64,000 bases of DNA from Eledone cirrhosa (GCA_964016885.1 OZ024742.1:139748001-139812000); one strand, 5' to 3'; shown: positions 15,801 to 30,561, counted from the first letter of the stretch. The notes: generated by a model not told the origin, from the letters alone. Numbers and translations are program-made.

Positions 15801-15914
15801 TGCTACTGTACGTCTGTATACATATATGTATGTACGTATACATACATACTTACATTTAAGTAAGTGCCATACTAAGAGTGAGAAATGAAATTTCGTTTTC
15901 ATTTTTTTCAACTT
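15306..15914 (+). mobile_element. Retrozyme-like family A insertion 3 (about 1.2 units, variant sequence)
   Basis: Same unit with distinct substitutions; HHR at 15530-15572; short inverted stub at 15306-15320; ends caactta|(TA)n. Confidence 0.8.
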
Positions 15915-17347
<1,433 letters not shown>

Positions 17348-18039
17348 ATACGATATTAATAAATGGAAACTATATTTATAAAACCATATTTCTTTCATTA
17401 TACATATTTCAGGGATACCAAATTAAATTATGGTATGCCTTCATCAGACAAAATACAATATATAACAGTTTTACAAATAAGCTTTGACGTACCCTTTTAA
17501 AATGCAACCATTATTTTTGGAAGCCATCTGGATAGTGAATTGTTCATATTATTTTAATAAGTCTTAGTGGTAAGGACAATTAGAAAAAGACGGAGAGAAA
17601 GAAAAAAGACGGAGAGAGAGAAAAAAGAAAAAGAAAAAACGTGGAGAAATATCGGAGAGAGAGAAATGCATGGAGAAAAAAGAGAGAGATAAATAAAGAC
17701 AGGAGGAAATAAAGAAAAAAGAAAAGAAAAGAGGAAGAAATAAGAAAAATAGAGGAAAGCAACAGAGAGATATCAAGTCATCAGACAGATAGAAAAACTC
17801 AAGAGAGAGAAATAATAGAGAGAGGGGAGATAATGAAAACTTTACGTCATGTCATATTAATTTGAGTTAACAATTTATATGAAATGAATAATAAAAATAT
17901 AAATATTAATATTCATGAATGGGACATAAATATATAATATGAGAAATTATACATTGTTTAATAATGATTATATGTTTAGTTTAAAACTTGAGATCAATAT
18001 ACTAAAATTTGAGAAACCACTATCTTACGGCAAAGATAG

Positions 18040-18085
<46 letters not shown>

Positions 18086-21000
18086 GTCCTAAGATCAATA
18101 TGAAGGATCACAAAAGAAACTTTGAAAATGATTTACCAGTCAGATTGATTGCACCATCTAAATCTGACCTGGGCAAACTCAGCAAAAATATTCTAGACAG
18201 AGTAATACAACAAATTAAAAACTTACCTAATTTATCTTACTTAAAATTATGGAAAGGGACTAGTGAGGTTATCGATTGGTTTAAAGAAATTAAATATAAC
18301 TATAATAATAAGTTTATTCAGCTGGATATTGCTAACTACTATTCATCTATCACTCCTAATCTACTGAATAAGGCACTAAATTACGCATTTAAACATACAG
18401 ACCTAACTAGCAATGAAATGCACATTATATTATCGGCAAGTAAAACATTGATAGAATTTAATAACCAACTCTGGACTAGGGCAGATAGAAATAATAATTT
18501 CGACATAACTATGGGATCATCAGACTCAGCTCAGGTAACGGACCTTGTGGGCCTATTTATAATTAATTCGCTACATAGAAAAATACCAGGTGTAACCGGA
18601 GTCTTATATCGTGATGACATGCTTTTACTTATAGAAAATAATAGCTGTGAACTAAATAGAAAAAGAAAACAAATTATACAATTTTTTAATTACCTTAATA
18701 TAAAAGTAGAAATAGAGAATAACCATAAAATAGTCAATTTTCTTGATGTAACACTAAATCTCAACATGTCTCCATTATCCATTTCACAAACTAAATGAGA
18801 ACTTGAATTATGTTAATTTTAACTCTAATCACCCCAGATCTGTTAAAACTACTATAGTGAACTCTGTTCAAGAACGAATTTCAAGAATTTCATCTAATAA
18901 AAATATATTTGATGAAAAAGCGCAGTATTACAACGAAGCGTTAGGTAGAGCTGGATATAGAAATAAAATTAAATACATCGATAATAATAATAATAAGCAA
19001 ACTAACCAAAATAATAACAATTTTAATTATGGTAACAACTTTAACAACTATAATAGAAAACATTACAATAATTCCAAAAGCCGAAAAAGAAATAGAACTA
19101 GAAATATATTATGGTTTGCTCCCCCTTTCTCACTAAATATTAAAACCCCTATTGCTAAACTATTTTTTAAAGCTCTTGACAAACGCTTCCCTAAAACACA
19201 TAAATATTACTCAATTTTTAATAGACATACTATAAAATTAACTTACTCGTCCACCAAGAATTTAGCACAAAATATTAAGAGAATTAATAATAGAAACTTA
19301 AAACCTAACCAAAATACCAATAATAACCCAAGCAATATTCAATTGAATAACTGTAACTGTAGAAATAAATCTAACTGTCCGTTAAATAACAACTGCTTAG
19401 CTAAAAATGTAGTGTACAATTGTAATGTTAAAACTAATTTAAATTCATTTAACTATGTCGGTTCTACCTCTACAGAATTTAAATTTCGCTTCAATAATCA
19501 TAAAAATTCTTTCACAGATCCAAACAAAAAATCTTCAACTTCGCTATCTAGCCTACTTTGGGACCTTAAACGAGATAATGTTAAATATTCGATGACTTGA
19601 AATATTATTTCAAAAGCTACTCCTTTTAATTCCTCTTTAGAAAATTGTGATCTTTGTATTGAAGAAATATTCTTTATATCAAGTCCAAAAATTCCCTTAA
19701 TTTAACGAATAATCTATTCAGTTACTGCAGACATAGAATGAAGTCAACGTTTAAATATAAATATAAATTTAAAATGTAGTATAAGTAATTAAGTTATTTA
19801 GTTAATATATGAAACCTGTCGATAAATCATTAGATTCCTTTACCTTTTTCTTTTTAAATTTTCTTCCTAAATATAAACATAGATATAATAAACTACTCTA
19901 AAATGTTTATACTTCCAATGTCTTAAATAAAATATACGTAAGATAAATTTCTATACTAAATATAAGGATATCTGTAGAATCCTTGGCCTTTTTTTTTATT
20001 TTTTAAATTTTTGAATTTTTAAATTTTTTAAAAAAAATTTCTAAACTTTTTAAAATTTTTAAATTTTTAAATTTTTAAATTTTTAAATTATATTGATATA
20101 ATATTTATTTAACTTTTATTTTTATTTTTATTTTTATTTTTATTTTTATTTTTATTTTTATTTTTATTTTTATTTTTATTTTTATTTTTATTTATTTTTA
20201 TTAGGTTTGTTTTGATTCTGATACCTTCTCATAATATTCATAAGTCTACCCTTTCAATATCTTGATTAAAATATACGTAGGATAAATTTCTATACTAAAT
20301 ATACTAAATATAATGCATGAATGGTATAGGTATATATGAAGGCATGAATGGTAATCGTATATATTTATGTATATATACTGTGAACTTGTTATAACACAAG
20401 GAATGTATAGCAGTGATTAAGAGAAATCATTTGCGTTTTGTATGTCTATATTGTAGACCTGAGTAAATATAATTTCTATTCTCAGGACGTGTGTATATAT
20501 ATATATATATATATTTGTCTATCTTTGCCGTAAGATAGTGGTTTCTCAAATTTTAGTATATTGATCTCAAGTTTTAAACTAAACATATAATCATTATTAA
20601 ACAATGTTTAATTTCTCATATTATATATTTATGTCCCATTCATGAATATTAATATTTATATTTTTATTATTCATTTCATATAAATTGTTAACTCAACTTA
20701 ATATGACATGACGTAAAGTTTTCATTATCTCCCCCTCTCTATATATTATTTCTCTCTCTTGAGTTTTTCTATCTGTCTGATGACTTGATATCTCTCTGTT
20801 GCTTTCCTCTGTTTTTCTTATTTCTTCCTTTTTTCTTTTCTTTTTTCTTTCTTTCCTCCTGTCTTTATTTATCTCTCTCTTTTTTCTCCATGCATTTCTC
20901 TCTCTCCGATATTGCTCCACGTTTTTTTCTTTTTCTTTTTTCTCTCTCTTTTTTCTCTCTCTCCGTCTTTTTTCTTTCTCTCCGTCTTTTTCTAATTGTC

Positions 21001-21316
21001 CTTAACACTTAGACTTATTAAAATAATATAAACAATTCACTATCCAGATGGCGTCCAAAAATAATGGTTGCATTTTAAAAGGGTACGTCAAAGCTTATTT
21101 GTAAAACTGTTATATATTGTATTTTGTCTGATGTAGGCATACCATAATTTAATTTGGTATCCCTGAAATATGTATAATGAAATAAATATGGTTTTATAAA
21201 TATAGTTTCCATTTATTAATATCGTATATCTACTCCAAATACTTGTCGAGTGCTTTATATCAGTTAAAAAAATATTTACTTGTTGTATCCCAACAATTTT
21301 AAATAGAACTTTTGCA
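17348..21316 (+). mobile_element. Penelope-like retroelement, family 1 copy b, 5'-truncated with inverted 3' end
   Basis: 17348-18090 is the reverse complement of 20484-21226; RT/GIY-YIG ORFs homologous to copy a; HHR at 21128 (core CTGATGT) and intact inverted HHR at 17407-17447. Confidence 0.92.
18100..19778 (+). pseudogene. PLE RT + GIY-YIG with a frameshift (about 18765) and premature TGA (19598)
   Basis: Collinear with 4948-6625: YRDD, FLDVTL, CPLNNNCL, YVGSTSTEFKFRFNNH. Confidence 0.9.
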
Positions 21317-21337
21317 TATATATTTATATATATATAT

Positions 21338-21618
21338 AAGAATTAAAATTAAAAAATACTAGAGTGTGTTGGAGTTACACACCCTCTTAGTATTAAAGAA
21401 ATGACAGTAAAAGTATAGCTCAATGTAATTAAACCGAGCCAAAGAATTATGAAAATAAACCAAAGAAGCCTTCAATATATCAAAAGTCTCTATTAGCCAA
21501 CAATGTTTCGTCCTATTAAGGACTCATCAGGGCAATGATGAGTCCTTAATAGGACGAAACATTGTTGGCTAATAAAGACTTTTGATGTATTGAAGGCTTC
21601 TTTGGTTAATTTTCATAA
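21338..21618. mobile_element. Small fold-back PLE/retrozyme 3' remnant with hammerhead
   Basis: Minus-strand gcc-CTGATGA-gtcc ttaata ggac-GAAA-cattg-TT-ggc at 21496-21533; inverted arm starts inside the HHR core at 21536. Confidence 0.8.
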
Positions 21619-21644
21619 CATATATATATATATATATATTTATT

Positions 21645-21675
<31 letters not shown>

Positions 21676-21702
21676 ATTTGTATATATATATATATATATT
21701 TG

Positions 21703-21733
<31 letters not shown>

Positions 21734-21734
21734 T

Positions 21735-21818
<84 letters not shown>

Positions 21819-21819
<1 letters not shown>

Positions 21820-21976
21820 CGTTTCTGAATTTGTTTAGCAAGATTCTTTATCTGAAATCGTGTGTTGAAACCGATATTGTTATACTTTGGGAGGGTCATG
21901 TTGCCAATAAGAAACACACGCACCAGTGGTGCGTGTGTTTCTTATTGGCAACATGACCCTCCCAAAGTATAACAAT
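21819..21976. mobile_element. Mini palindrome built only from the PLE family 3 3' terminus
   Basis: Left arm matches 47952-48058; right arm matches 51432-51482; centre gcaccagtggtgc. Confidence 0.85.
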
Positions 21977-22019
21977 ATATATATATATTTGTATATATAT
22001 ATATATATATATATATTTG

Positions 22020-22051
<32 letters not shown>

Positions 22052-22544
22052 TGTATGTATGTATGTATGTATGTATGTATGTATGTATGTATGTGTGTAT
22101 GCGTGTGTGTAATGTATATATGTATATTATCATTTTGCCAATAAAAATATGCATTATTTGACTTTCACTTCGGGATTAAGAAAACAAGAAAACATACCAC
22201 AAAAAGACAAGGTGAAGTATTCAGAGTGAAACCAAAAAGATGAGAAGACTCAGAGAAGAACAATTAGTCAATGTGGAGGTCACAGAATGTGTGCTGAAAA
22301 TAACCTATAACCAATAATGTTAAAGTGGTAAGAAACTCTCACGAAAGCTGGACAGCAAGTCTTCTGAGTATAACACCACCTCAAGCAAGTATTTCGGCCT
22401 TTAACATCCGTGTTATTTATTGCCAAAATCGGGACTATGACCATCTCCAAATATAACAATGTCTGTTTCAACACACGATATCACACCAAGAATCTTTCAC
22501 TTGCGATTGAAGCAGTTCCAGTCCTCTAGAAATCATTTCTATAA

Positions 22545-22636
<92 letters not shown>

Positions 22637-22730
22637 AGATGTCAACATGAATGGACCTATTATTTTTATCTAAAGACTTTTTTTCCAATTCCATCCCGCT
22701 CGTCCCATAATCTATTTTATTTCTCATCCT

Positions 22731-22767
22731 TTCTTCTGATGAAGGATTAGCGTCCGAAACATTAAGA
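22731..22767 (+). ncRNA. Minimal hammerhead-like motif
   Basis: tctt-CTGATGA-aggattagcgtcc-GAAA-catt-aaga. Confidence 0.5.
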
Positions 22768-22892
22768 CCCTCTTCCTGCTATATCAAGTGTTAACCTAAT
22801 ATATACCTTCCATATACTGTACCGATTGTGTTGTTATTTCTGTTTACCTTTTACATACACACCCACACACATATATATATATATATATATAT

Positions 22893-23865
22893 AGTTTTGC
22901 GAGGTTTTTTATATGAAATCGTGTGTCGAAACAAATATTGTTATACTTGGGGAGGGTCACTGACGATGTTGCAGATGTGCAACGAAAGAACTTTGAAAGA
23001 CTATATATATGTGTTTGTGAGTAGCACAAAATGTACAGAGGGTACTTGCAGAAACATGACAACAACATACATAGGCGAGACAGCTCGTAGCATATGTGAA
23101 AGGATAGACCAACACTGGGGGGAACTAAAAGGACGTAAAAACGGTTCAGTACTATACGAACATGCCAGACAACAACACGACGGTAACATAGACAACATAG
23201 AAATTAGAATAATATCTAAACATAGAAATGACCCAGCAGATAGGCAAATCAGAGAGGCCAGTGAAATAGAACTTAGAAGGCCAAGGCTAAACAGAAAGAA
23301 TGAATGGAATAACAACAACACCCAAACAAACAACACTGACCTAAGAGAAGTATAAATAAGTAAATAAAATAAAATAAAATAAGATAAATAAATACATACA
23401 CAAGCACAATAACAACAAACACATAAACACACACTAGTAAAGATAGAATACATTAACCAATACAGAGTCACCCAAACACGAACACACATCAAACAAAACA
23501 CTACACACACACACAAACGCAAAGAAGACAAAAAAAAAAAACAAATAAATAAATATATAAACAGACTAAATAAAGATGGCATAGACATACAATGCAACGG
23601 GGGGAAACAATAGCACCACTGACGATGTTGCAGATGTGCAACGAAAGAACTTTGATAGACTATATATATGTGTTTGTGTCTATATTGTATCTGTATTTTT
23701 TACCGTTGGTCAGTCAATGGTAACATTGGGGACCGAATAAAATAAAATTAACCGATATAAAAGACACAAAAGCGAAAAGCGAAAACCAACCAAACAGTGA
23801 GTGTGTTCTGTTATTAATTCTGGCAATATTACACAAATATGACCCTCCCCAAGTATAACAATATA
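22893..23865 (+). mobile_element. PLE family 2 3' fragment (GIY-YIG remnant, HHRs, terminus) with inverted tail
   Basis: YIGETARS..RIDQH near-identical to 40804-41103; CTGACGA-t-gttgca gatg tgcaac-GAAA at 22960 and 23619; terminus tgaccctccccaagtataacaat. Confidence 0.88.
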
Positions 23866-23869
23866 TATA

Positions 23870-24070
23870 TTGTTTTGCAAGTTTTTTTTTATATGAAATC
23901 GTTGAAACAAATATTGTTATATTTGGGGAGGGTCATATTGTTATAATATTGCCAGAAATAATAAAACACATTCACTGTTTGGTTTTGTTTGGTTTTCGCT
24001 TCTGTATCTTTTATATCTCTATAGTTAATTTAGCTGGCAATGAATGTTTATCATTGATTGACCAACGGTT

Positions 24071-24124
<54 letters not shown>

Positions 24125-24362
24125 ATCAAAGTTCTTTCATCACACCTGTCACATCAATGTAATAAAAGAACTTTGATAGACTATATATATATATTTATCT
24201 ATGTTTTTAACCATTGGTCAATCAATGATAAACATTGATTGCCACTTAAATTAACTATAGTGGTATAGAATATACAGAAGAAAAAAACCAATCCAAACCA
24301 AACGGAGTGTTTTATTATTATTTCTGGTTATAATATAACAATATGACCCTCCCCTAATATAA
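23870..24362. mobile_element. Degenerate fold-back of a family 2-related PLE 3' end
   Basis: Inverted arms about 23910-24140 and 24165-24362 carrying the same terminal motif. Confidence 0.7.
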
Positions 24363-24375
24363 TAATAATAATAAT

Positions 24376-25075
24376 GCTTTCTTTATTAACCACAAGAGTT
24401 TACATAAAGTAGACATTAAGGACAGTACAGGACAATACAGACGGTACATATGGGCATTTCTGCGTGTAAAAAACAAAAACAGAGGATGTAACAAAAAAAT
24501 AACAATGAAAAATTCCCCAATACGGAGGAGACCTCCGAGGGACATTCGTGGAGAAAGCCCATTAAAAGCCACAGGGACCCTGACCACCAGGGCAAGTGCC
24601 CTCTCCCAGTTTTCCACCTTTAATTTACAGACACATACTCAGAGTAGGCCCATTCACTCGGGCCATTCTTGCCTCTCTCTCACCCATCTTTCAACAAAAT
24701 GCTGGGAAGAGAGCACTTCCCTCTCTACCCTGATTTTCCTTTTCAAATAAAATTTGAAAAAGTTAATTAGGGCATCACCGAAGAGGTAAGTGCTCGTCTT
24801 CAGCCCTTTCAAACGTGTCCACCATACTATCTCTTTCGCCATGGCAACCAGACAGATAAAAACTGCCTGCCCTTCCCGGCTAAAGGAAGAGGGCGGGGCA
24901 ATCCTCACGATGGACTCAGCTGATAGTCGGATCCGTTCCGCATGCGACAGCAGGTGTTCGACATAAACCCACAAGTCAGCAATGCTCGGACACTGGACGA
25001 GTGCATGCAGGACGGTTTCGTCAAAGCATAATAATAATAAGTCCAGTCCCGCTTTTTTGAACACTTCAAAAGACA
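24376..25075 (-). mobile_element. Tx1/L1-like LINE 3' fragment (C-terminal zinc-finger region and 3' UTR)
   Basis: DETVLHALVQCPSIADLW..IVWWTRL resembles the L1/Tx1 ORF2 C-terminus; ends aataaagaaa + (ATT)n. Confidence 0.75.
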
Positions 25076-25227
25076 TGCTTGCTGGGAACAGCAAGAACCC
25101 TCCGATACGTCCTGAATATCTGAGGCTGCAGGTAGCGGCTTGATATTCATTTCAACAAACTTTCCAGTTAAATAACATCAATGACTGAGACTCAAAGAAT
25201 AATAATTATAATAATAATACTAATAAT

Positions 25228-25695
25228 GATTTCTTTATTGGCCACAAGGGCTGACATCAAGAAAAACATTACAGACGGCACAGGACGGTGCGATGTGGGT
25301 TTTGTGCGTGTAGAGATTTTTATTATTTATATAAAAAAGGAAAAAAAAAAGACATAGAAACATATATATATATATAAACAATAAAAATGAAAATTGAAAC
25401 AATGAAAAATTCCCCAATAGGGGGGAAACCTCCGAAGGTTACTCGTGGCGAAAACCACACAAAAGACCACGGCTACCCTGACCACCAGATAAGTGCCCTC
25501 TCAATTTTTCCATTTCTCAAACTACAGGTGTATATTCAGAGCGGGCCCGTTCACTCGGACCAGACTCGCCACTTTCACCCACCTTTCACAAACTTGCTAG
25601 AAGGCAGCACTTGCCTCTCCACCCTGATTTTCCTCTTCAAGTGAAACTTGAAAAGGTTAACCCTTTCAACCTTGTCCACCACATAATCTCTTTCG
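25228..25695 (-). mobile_element. Tx1/L1-like LINE 3' fragment
   Basis: Homologous to 24500-24840; ends aataaagaaatc + (ATT)n. Confidence 0.7.
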
Positions 25696-25715
25696 ATATA
25701 TATATATATATATAT

Positions 25716-25897
25716 ATTGTTATATTTGGGAAGGGTCATGTTGCTATAATATTGCCAGAAATATATAGTAAATGAAACACTGAGTGTGTTTTATTATAAT
25801 TTTTTTACAATATTATAACAACATGACCCTCCCCAAATATAACAATATTTGTTTCAACACACGATTTCATATCAAAAACCTTGCAAAACAAATTCCT
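25716..25897. mobile_element. Mini fold-back of a PLE 3' terminus with tail
   Basis: Inverted catgaccctccccaaatataacaatat motifs; tail ttcaacacacgatttc follows the + copy. Confidence 0.75.
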
Positions 25898-26193
25898 ATA
25901 TACATAGTTCAAGGATACAACAAACAGAGGCACAAAAAAGTCTTATTAGTTTCACGCTTTATACTGGAAAGAGGAAAGAAATTTTGACGTGTCGGGTTTA
26001 AGCCCATCTTCAGGAATACAAAATAGAGACAGGATCACAATGGAGAAACAGAAAAAATATTTTATATACATATTTCAGAGGTACTGAGCTATCTTCAACA
26101 GTACGCCCTCATCAGATAAAATAAGATGATGCATGACATACCCTGACTAAGTAGATGGTTAAGATTCAGTCATGGCAGTATATAAATAGATAG

Positions 26194-26572
26194 ATTTCTT
26201 TATTAGCCACAGGGGCACAAAAGAAGGGGACAAATACAAAGGGGGAAGTTTACATACAATAAAAACGTGTAAAATGTTATCACAGATGGAATTTAAAAGT
26301 TAGTCGATTTTCCCCAATAGAGGGAGACAGTTTATATGGGTAACACAGACCCCCGAAAAAAATGTGCAACCCTCATCTCCAGGAGTACGAAGAGCTTGTA
26401 CTCCTTTCCTCTCCTCCTCCTTTTCCTCAACCTACAGGCTGATATAGAGAGAAGGCCCATTCACTCGGGCCATTCTCGCCACTTTCACCCACCTTTCATA
26501 AAACTTGCTGGGGTACAGCACCTCTCTCTCCATCCTGATTCTTCTTCCAAAGTGGTATTTGAAAAAAAGAAT
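26194..26572 (-). mobile_element. Tx1/L1-like LINE 3' fragment flanked by (GATA)n
   Basis: FGRRIRMEREVLYPSKFYERWV homologous to KRKIRVEREVLSSQHFVERWV; related fragment at 28187-28420. Confidence 0.7.
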
Positions 26573-26578
26573 CAGTTT

Positions 26579-26633
<55 letters not shown>

Positions 26634-27074
26634 TAGATAGATATCAGCAAAATAAAAATTAAAAATTACATTTACCTTCGTGTGAAGTAAAAGGTATCCA
26701 CGTTTTTCTCTTTTCTTTGTTTGTCACCTGTTATCTGCTTTCATCTGTTATTTCTCATTTCGTTTCTAATAACACACTCAACTTTACCATCTTCCTTTGT
26801 TGTTTTCTTCTTTTTTGTTTTCTCTTTTGCTTTTTTTTTTTCCTGTTTTCTGTATTACTTAGTAGCTGGGGTGCTTAGTGAGGTGTGGTGAGAGTAGATG
26901 AAGCAGAGAAAGGTGCGGGTAGATGCCGGGGAAGGGATGGGTAGATGTGATGGAGATGGCAACGGTGGTTGTTGAAGGAGACACGAAAGAACAAAATTCG
27001 GAATTACTATTTAGATTCCCATCGTAACATCTTTATCGTGTTGTTGTAATGTTGTTGTTGTTGTTGCTGCTGTT

Positions 27075-27486
27075 TAGTTCCAGATCATCCCTGGTCGAGT
27101 AATCCTATGATCAAAAGTGTAGCAGACGTGAACATACCGTTTATTTTTATATCATAGACTATACACTGTTGTTTAATGCGCCGTTCTCTATTTTAAATAT
27201 TGTAAGGTATGATTAACAGGTCGACCAATCATATACAGGCTCTCTTTGACCTGTTACTGTTTCGGTTGTTATTGTTGTTGTTGTTGTTGTTGCTGATCGA
27301 GTAGAAGTATGATCAAAGACGATCGAAATGTAACCATCCGCACCTATTTCTTTATTTCAAACATATACAGTCAAGTGTGTTCCTCTTTCGTTATAATGGT
27401 AAGGTGTCATCTGAGGAAGATTTAGCTGTTCTTTCTAAACGACCGCTTAGAGTTTCTCGTTCCTTGGCTTTTTACAAGTGGTTCTG

Positions 27487-27533
<47 letters not shown>

Positions 27534-27735
27534 TTAATTCAGCTCATACCTATGGTCAAAAGTGTTTCAGCCGTGACCATTCCGTCTTAATTTTTTTCCC
27601 AAACATTGCATCCAGAATTATATATTCCAATGTGCCTTTCTTTTCTCAAAACTACATTCTGTGTGTGATTTGGAGAGAATGTGACTGCTATTTTTAGCAA
27701 GTCGGTCGAGCGACCGCAAAGAGGTTCCTCGTTCA
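27075..27735 (+). repeat. Three diverged copies of an about 180-bp dispersed repeat separated by trinucleotide tracts
   Basis: ctatgatcaaa..gtgaccat..aaggtgtgat motif; further copies near 29520, 30200 and 31580-31950. Confidence 0.6.
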
Positions 27736-28877
27736 CTCGTTTGTAGCGATGTCATAGATGGGGTAGTAATAGTTTTGATGGGGTCGGGTTTATAGAGTTG
27801 TTGTTGGTGGTGGTGGTGGTGGTGGTGATGGTTGTTGTTAAGATGTAAGTGATGGTGTTACTATTTTGATTTCGATACTTCCCCCATTCCTCCCCCTCCT
27901 CCTCCAGTCGCATCCACCTGTCTCTCCTCCCGTTCTTCACAACCTATTCTTCCTCAAGCCCTCTCTCCTCTTCGTCCTATCCTCTTTCCCCCTCTTCTAC
28001 TAATATTCTCTGTAGAAACTTCCAGTTGAGTTGTATGTTAAAAGAAGAATTTCGCACAACTTTTTTGGAAAAAAGTTTAATGTTTACGGTAAATAAACAT
28101 CTGTTTCGTGAGACCAGTAAAGAAATATATCTATCAATAGATAGATAGATATATTTCTTTATTTGCCTAGATAGATAGATAGATAAATTTCTTTATTAGA
28201 CACAAGGGCACAAAAGAAGGGGACAAATACAAATGGGGAGTTTACATACAGGTATATGAAAATAAAACTATTAATAAAATAACAAATACACAATTGAAAT
28301 CCCCAATAGGGGGGAGGTGTTACACAGGGGTTGTACACACCCCGAAAAAATGTACAACCCTCATCTCCAGGAGCACCAAGAGTGAGTACTCCCCTCCTCT
28401 CTTTCTCTTTTTCCTTGACCTTAGATAGATAGATAGATAGATGGATCAGTAGGTTGATAAATAGATGGCTAGATAGGTGTAGGAGTATGTGTGTGTGTGT
28501 GTGTGAGAAAGAGAGATTTTAAAGACTTCAGGGTGAATGAATGACGAGTAGTAGAAATGACAGATACAAAGACACACTCACATACAAACATACTCACACA
28601 CACATAGACACATGTATATATATGTACGTGTGCGCCCGCGTATGTTTGTGCAAAAGTTAGATAATCATGATTAATTTTGAAAACTTGCCTATATTTATAT
28701 ATAAATACAAACTATAATTTATTTTGTATAAGTTAATTTCTTTTCGTTGTATATTATAAACTTGCATGTATATAAAACAAAATTAGGTTCATCTTCAAAA
28801 CTTTATTATTTTCCCTGTGTAATTGGGATTGTACAGAATTCCTTCATATTCTAACATTTTGAATTTTCACATATATA

Positions 28878-29081
28878 TAGGGTGTTTAAAAAACTTAGAT
28901 ATCATTTGAGATGTAAATATCCCAGCAACTACCACTGGATAATGTGAATTATTGTTAAAATGTTGACAAATTTTGAGGACTAAATCTTATGTTGCTCAAT
29001 ATTAAGCCTGCTCAGTCTCGTTGTCTTTGTAGTTTCTGGGATATTTGCATCTCAAATGATATCTATCTTGTTAACACCCTA
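28878..29081. mobile_element. Tc1/mariner-type MITE
   Basis: TIRs tagggtgtt..agatatcatttgagatg / catctcaaatgatatct..aacacccta, TA flanks. Confidence 0.75.
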
Positions 29082-29191
29082 TATAATTGATTTTTTATAT
29101 GGTTAATTATGCTAATTGGGAGAGGAAATAGTGTATATATTTTATCTAATGATTTTATGGACATGATTTATGATATATATATATGTGTGTG

Positions 29192-29230
<39 letters not shown>

Positions 29231-30274
29231 ATCTATACACATACACACACACACACATATATATATACATTCTTCTTTGCCCGCTTATTCCTGAATATAT
29301 GTATATATATGAGAGTAAGAGAGAGCTTTAGAAAGTAGAGAATCTATGGGGGCAGTGGGGATGGCTGGGTGGCCGGTTGGCTAGCTGGTTAGCTGGTTGG
29401 ATGGGAATGAGGAGAGGGGGAGAGAAAAGTGATAAGATGATGGGGTGACAGTAAATATGTTAGTAAGTCTCAGAGAGTTAATGCTTTCTTGTGTTGTTGT
29501 TTAGCCTCCAAGTGAACCCTGCCCTAATCCAGCTGACCTATGGTCAAACACACTCCAGCCATGACCACTACACCCCATCCAATCCCATTCCAATCCAACT
29601 CATTTTATTTTGATATAATAAATCTAGAAGCCACACACTATGTCCCTTTACTTTTAGCATAGTAGAATATAACTATTTCTAGCATATTCAGCAACCACGT
29701 AGCGATTTCCTCGCTGACTCATAAAAGTGATGGTTTATTTTACTGGTGGTGGTGGTGGTGTGGCTGCTGCTGCTGTTGGTTGGCATTGGTGGTGGGGTGG
29801 GGATGGGGTGCTGCTGGTGGCGATGATGATGTTGGTAGGGGGGGCTGGCGAGATTGGTAGTGGTGGCGGCGGCTGTGGTGGTAGTAGTAGTGGGAGGAGT
29901 TGTAGTTATTGTTGTGGTGGTGGTGGTGGAGAGTTAAGTTTTATATTATTGCTGTAGACGTTATTGGTAGTTTAAAATATAACCAGACACACTTGTAACG
30001 TTTATGGTGCTTAAAGGAATAACTCTGGATCTGCCGTTGTTGTTGTTGTTATTGTTGTTTACTGCCGACGTCATACCTGATTGAGTATGCCTGTTACCAT
30101 CAATGGTTCACTCGGGGCCCCACCATATTTTTTTTTAGATCCTAGCTATCTAGGACCACATTTTCGTACTTGTCCTTCCTCGCTCTTCTCGTTTAGCTCC
30201 AGACCAGCTCTTATCGAGCAGAACGATGATCAAAGAAGTTCCAGCTATGACCACCTCTTCTTATTTTCTAAAGT

Positions 30275-30546
30275 CTAAGGTCTGTCTTTTACCCGGAAGC
30301 TCGTCAGCCGGTGCGTATCCCAGTTGCCTTGGCATGAAGCGACTGAGAGTACAAGACTCCCCCTGGACATGATGCCAGTCCATCACAGGGTTAAACCCCT
30401 AGCTATTACTGGTACTCATTTTCAGCTGAATATACTGGAACAACGTGAAATGAAGTGTTTGGCTTCACAACGTACAACACAGTCCAGAAATCGAACCCAC
30501 GACAATATGATCGTAAGTCCAGCACTCATACCCCTAGGCCACGAGC
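30275..30546 (-). mobile_element. tRNA-derived SINE
   Basis: Reverse strand has A/B-box-like gtggcctaggggt and gggttcgattt; homologous to 32520-32810 and 33403-33680. Confidence 0.75.
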
Positions 30547-30561
30547 CCCCTTCTTATTTTG

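Noticed and set aside
19598-19600. In-frame TGA as selenocysteine (as in some Naiad PLEs)
   Set aside because: Aligns to TGG (Trp) in copy a, so it is a nonsense mutation; the element has a C-terminal EN, unlike Naiad
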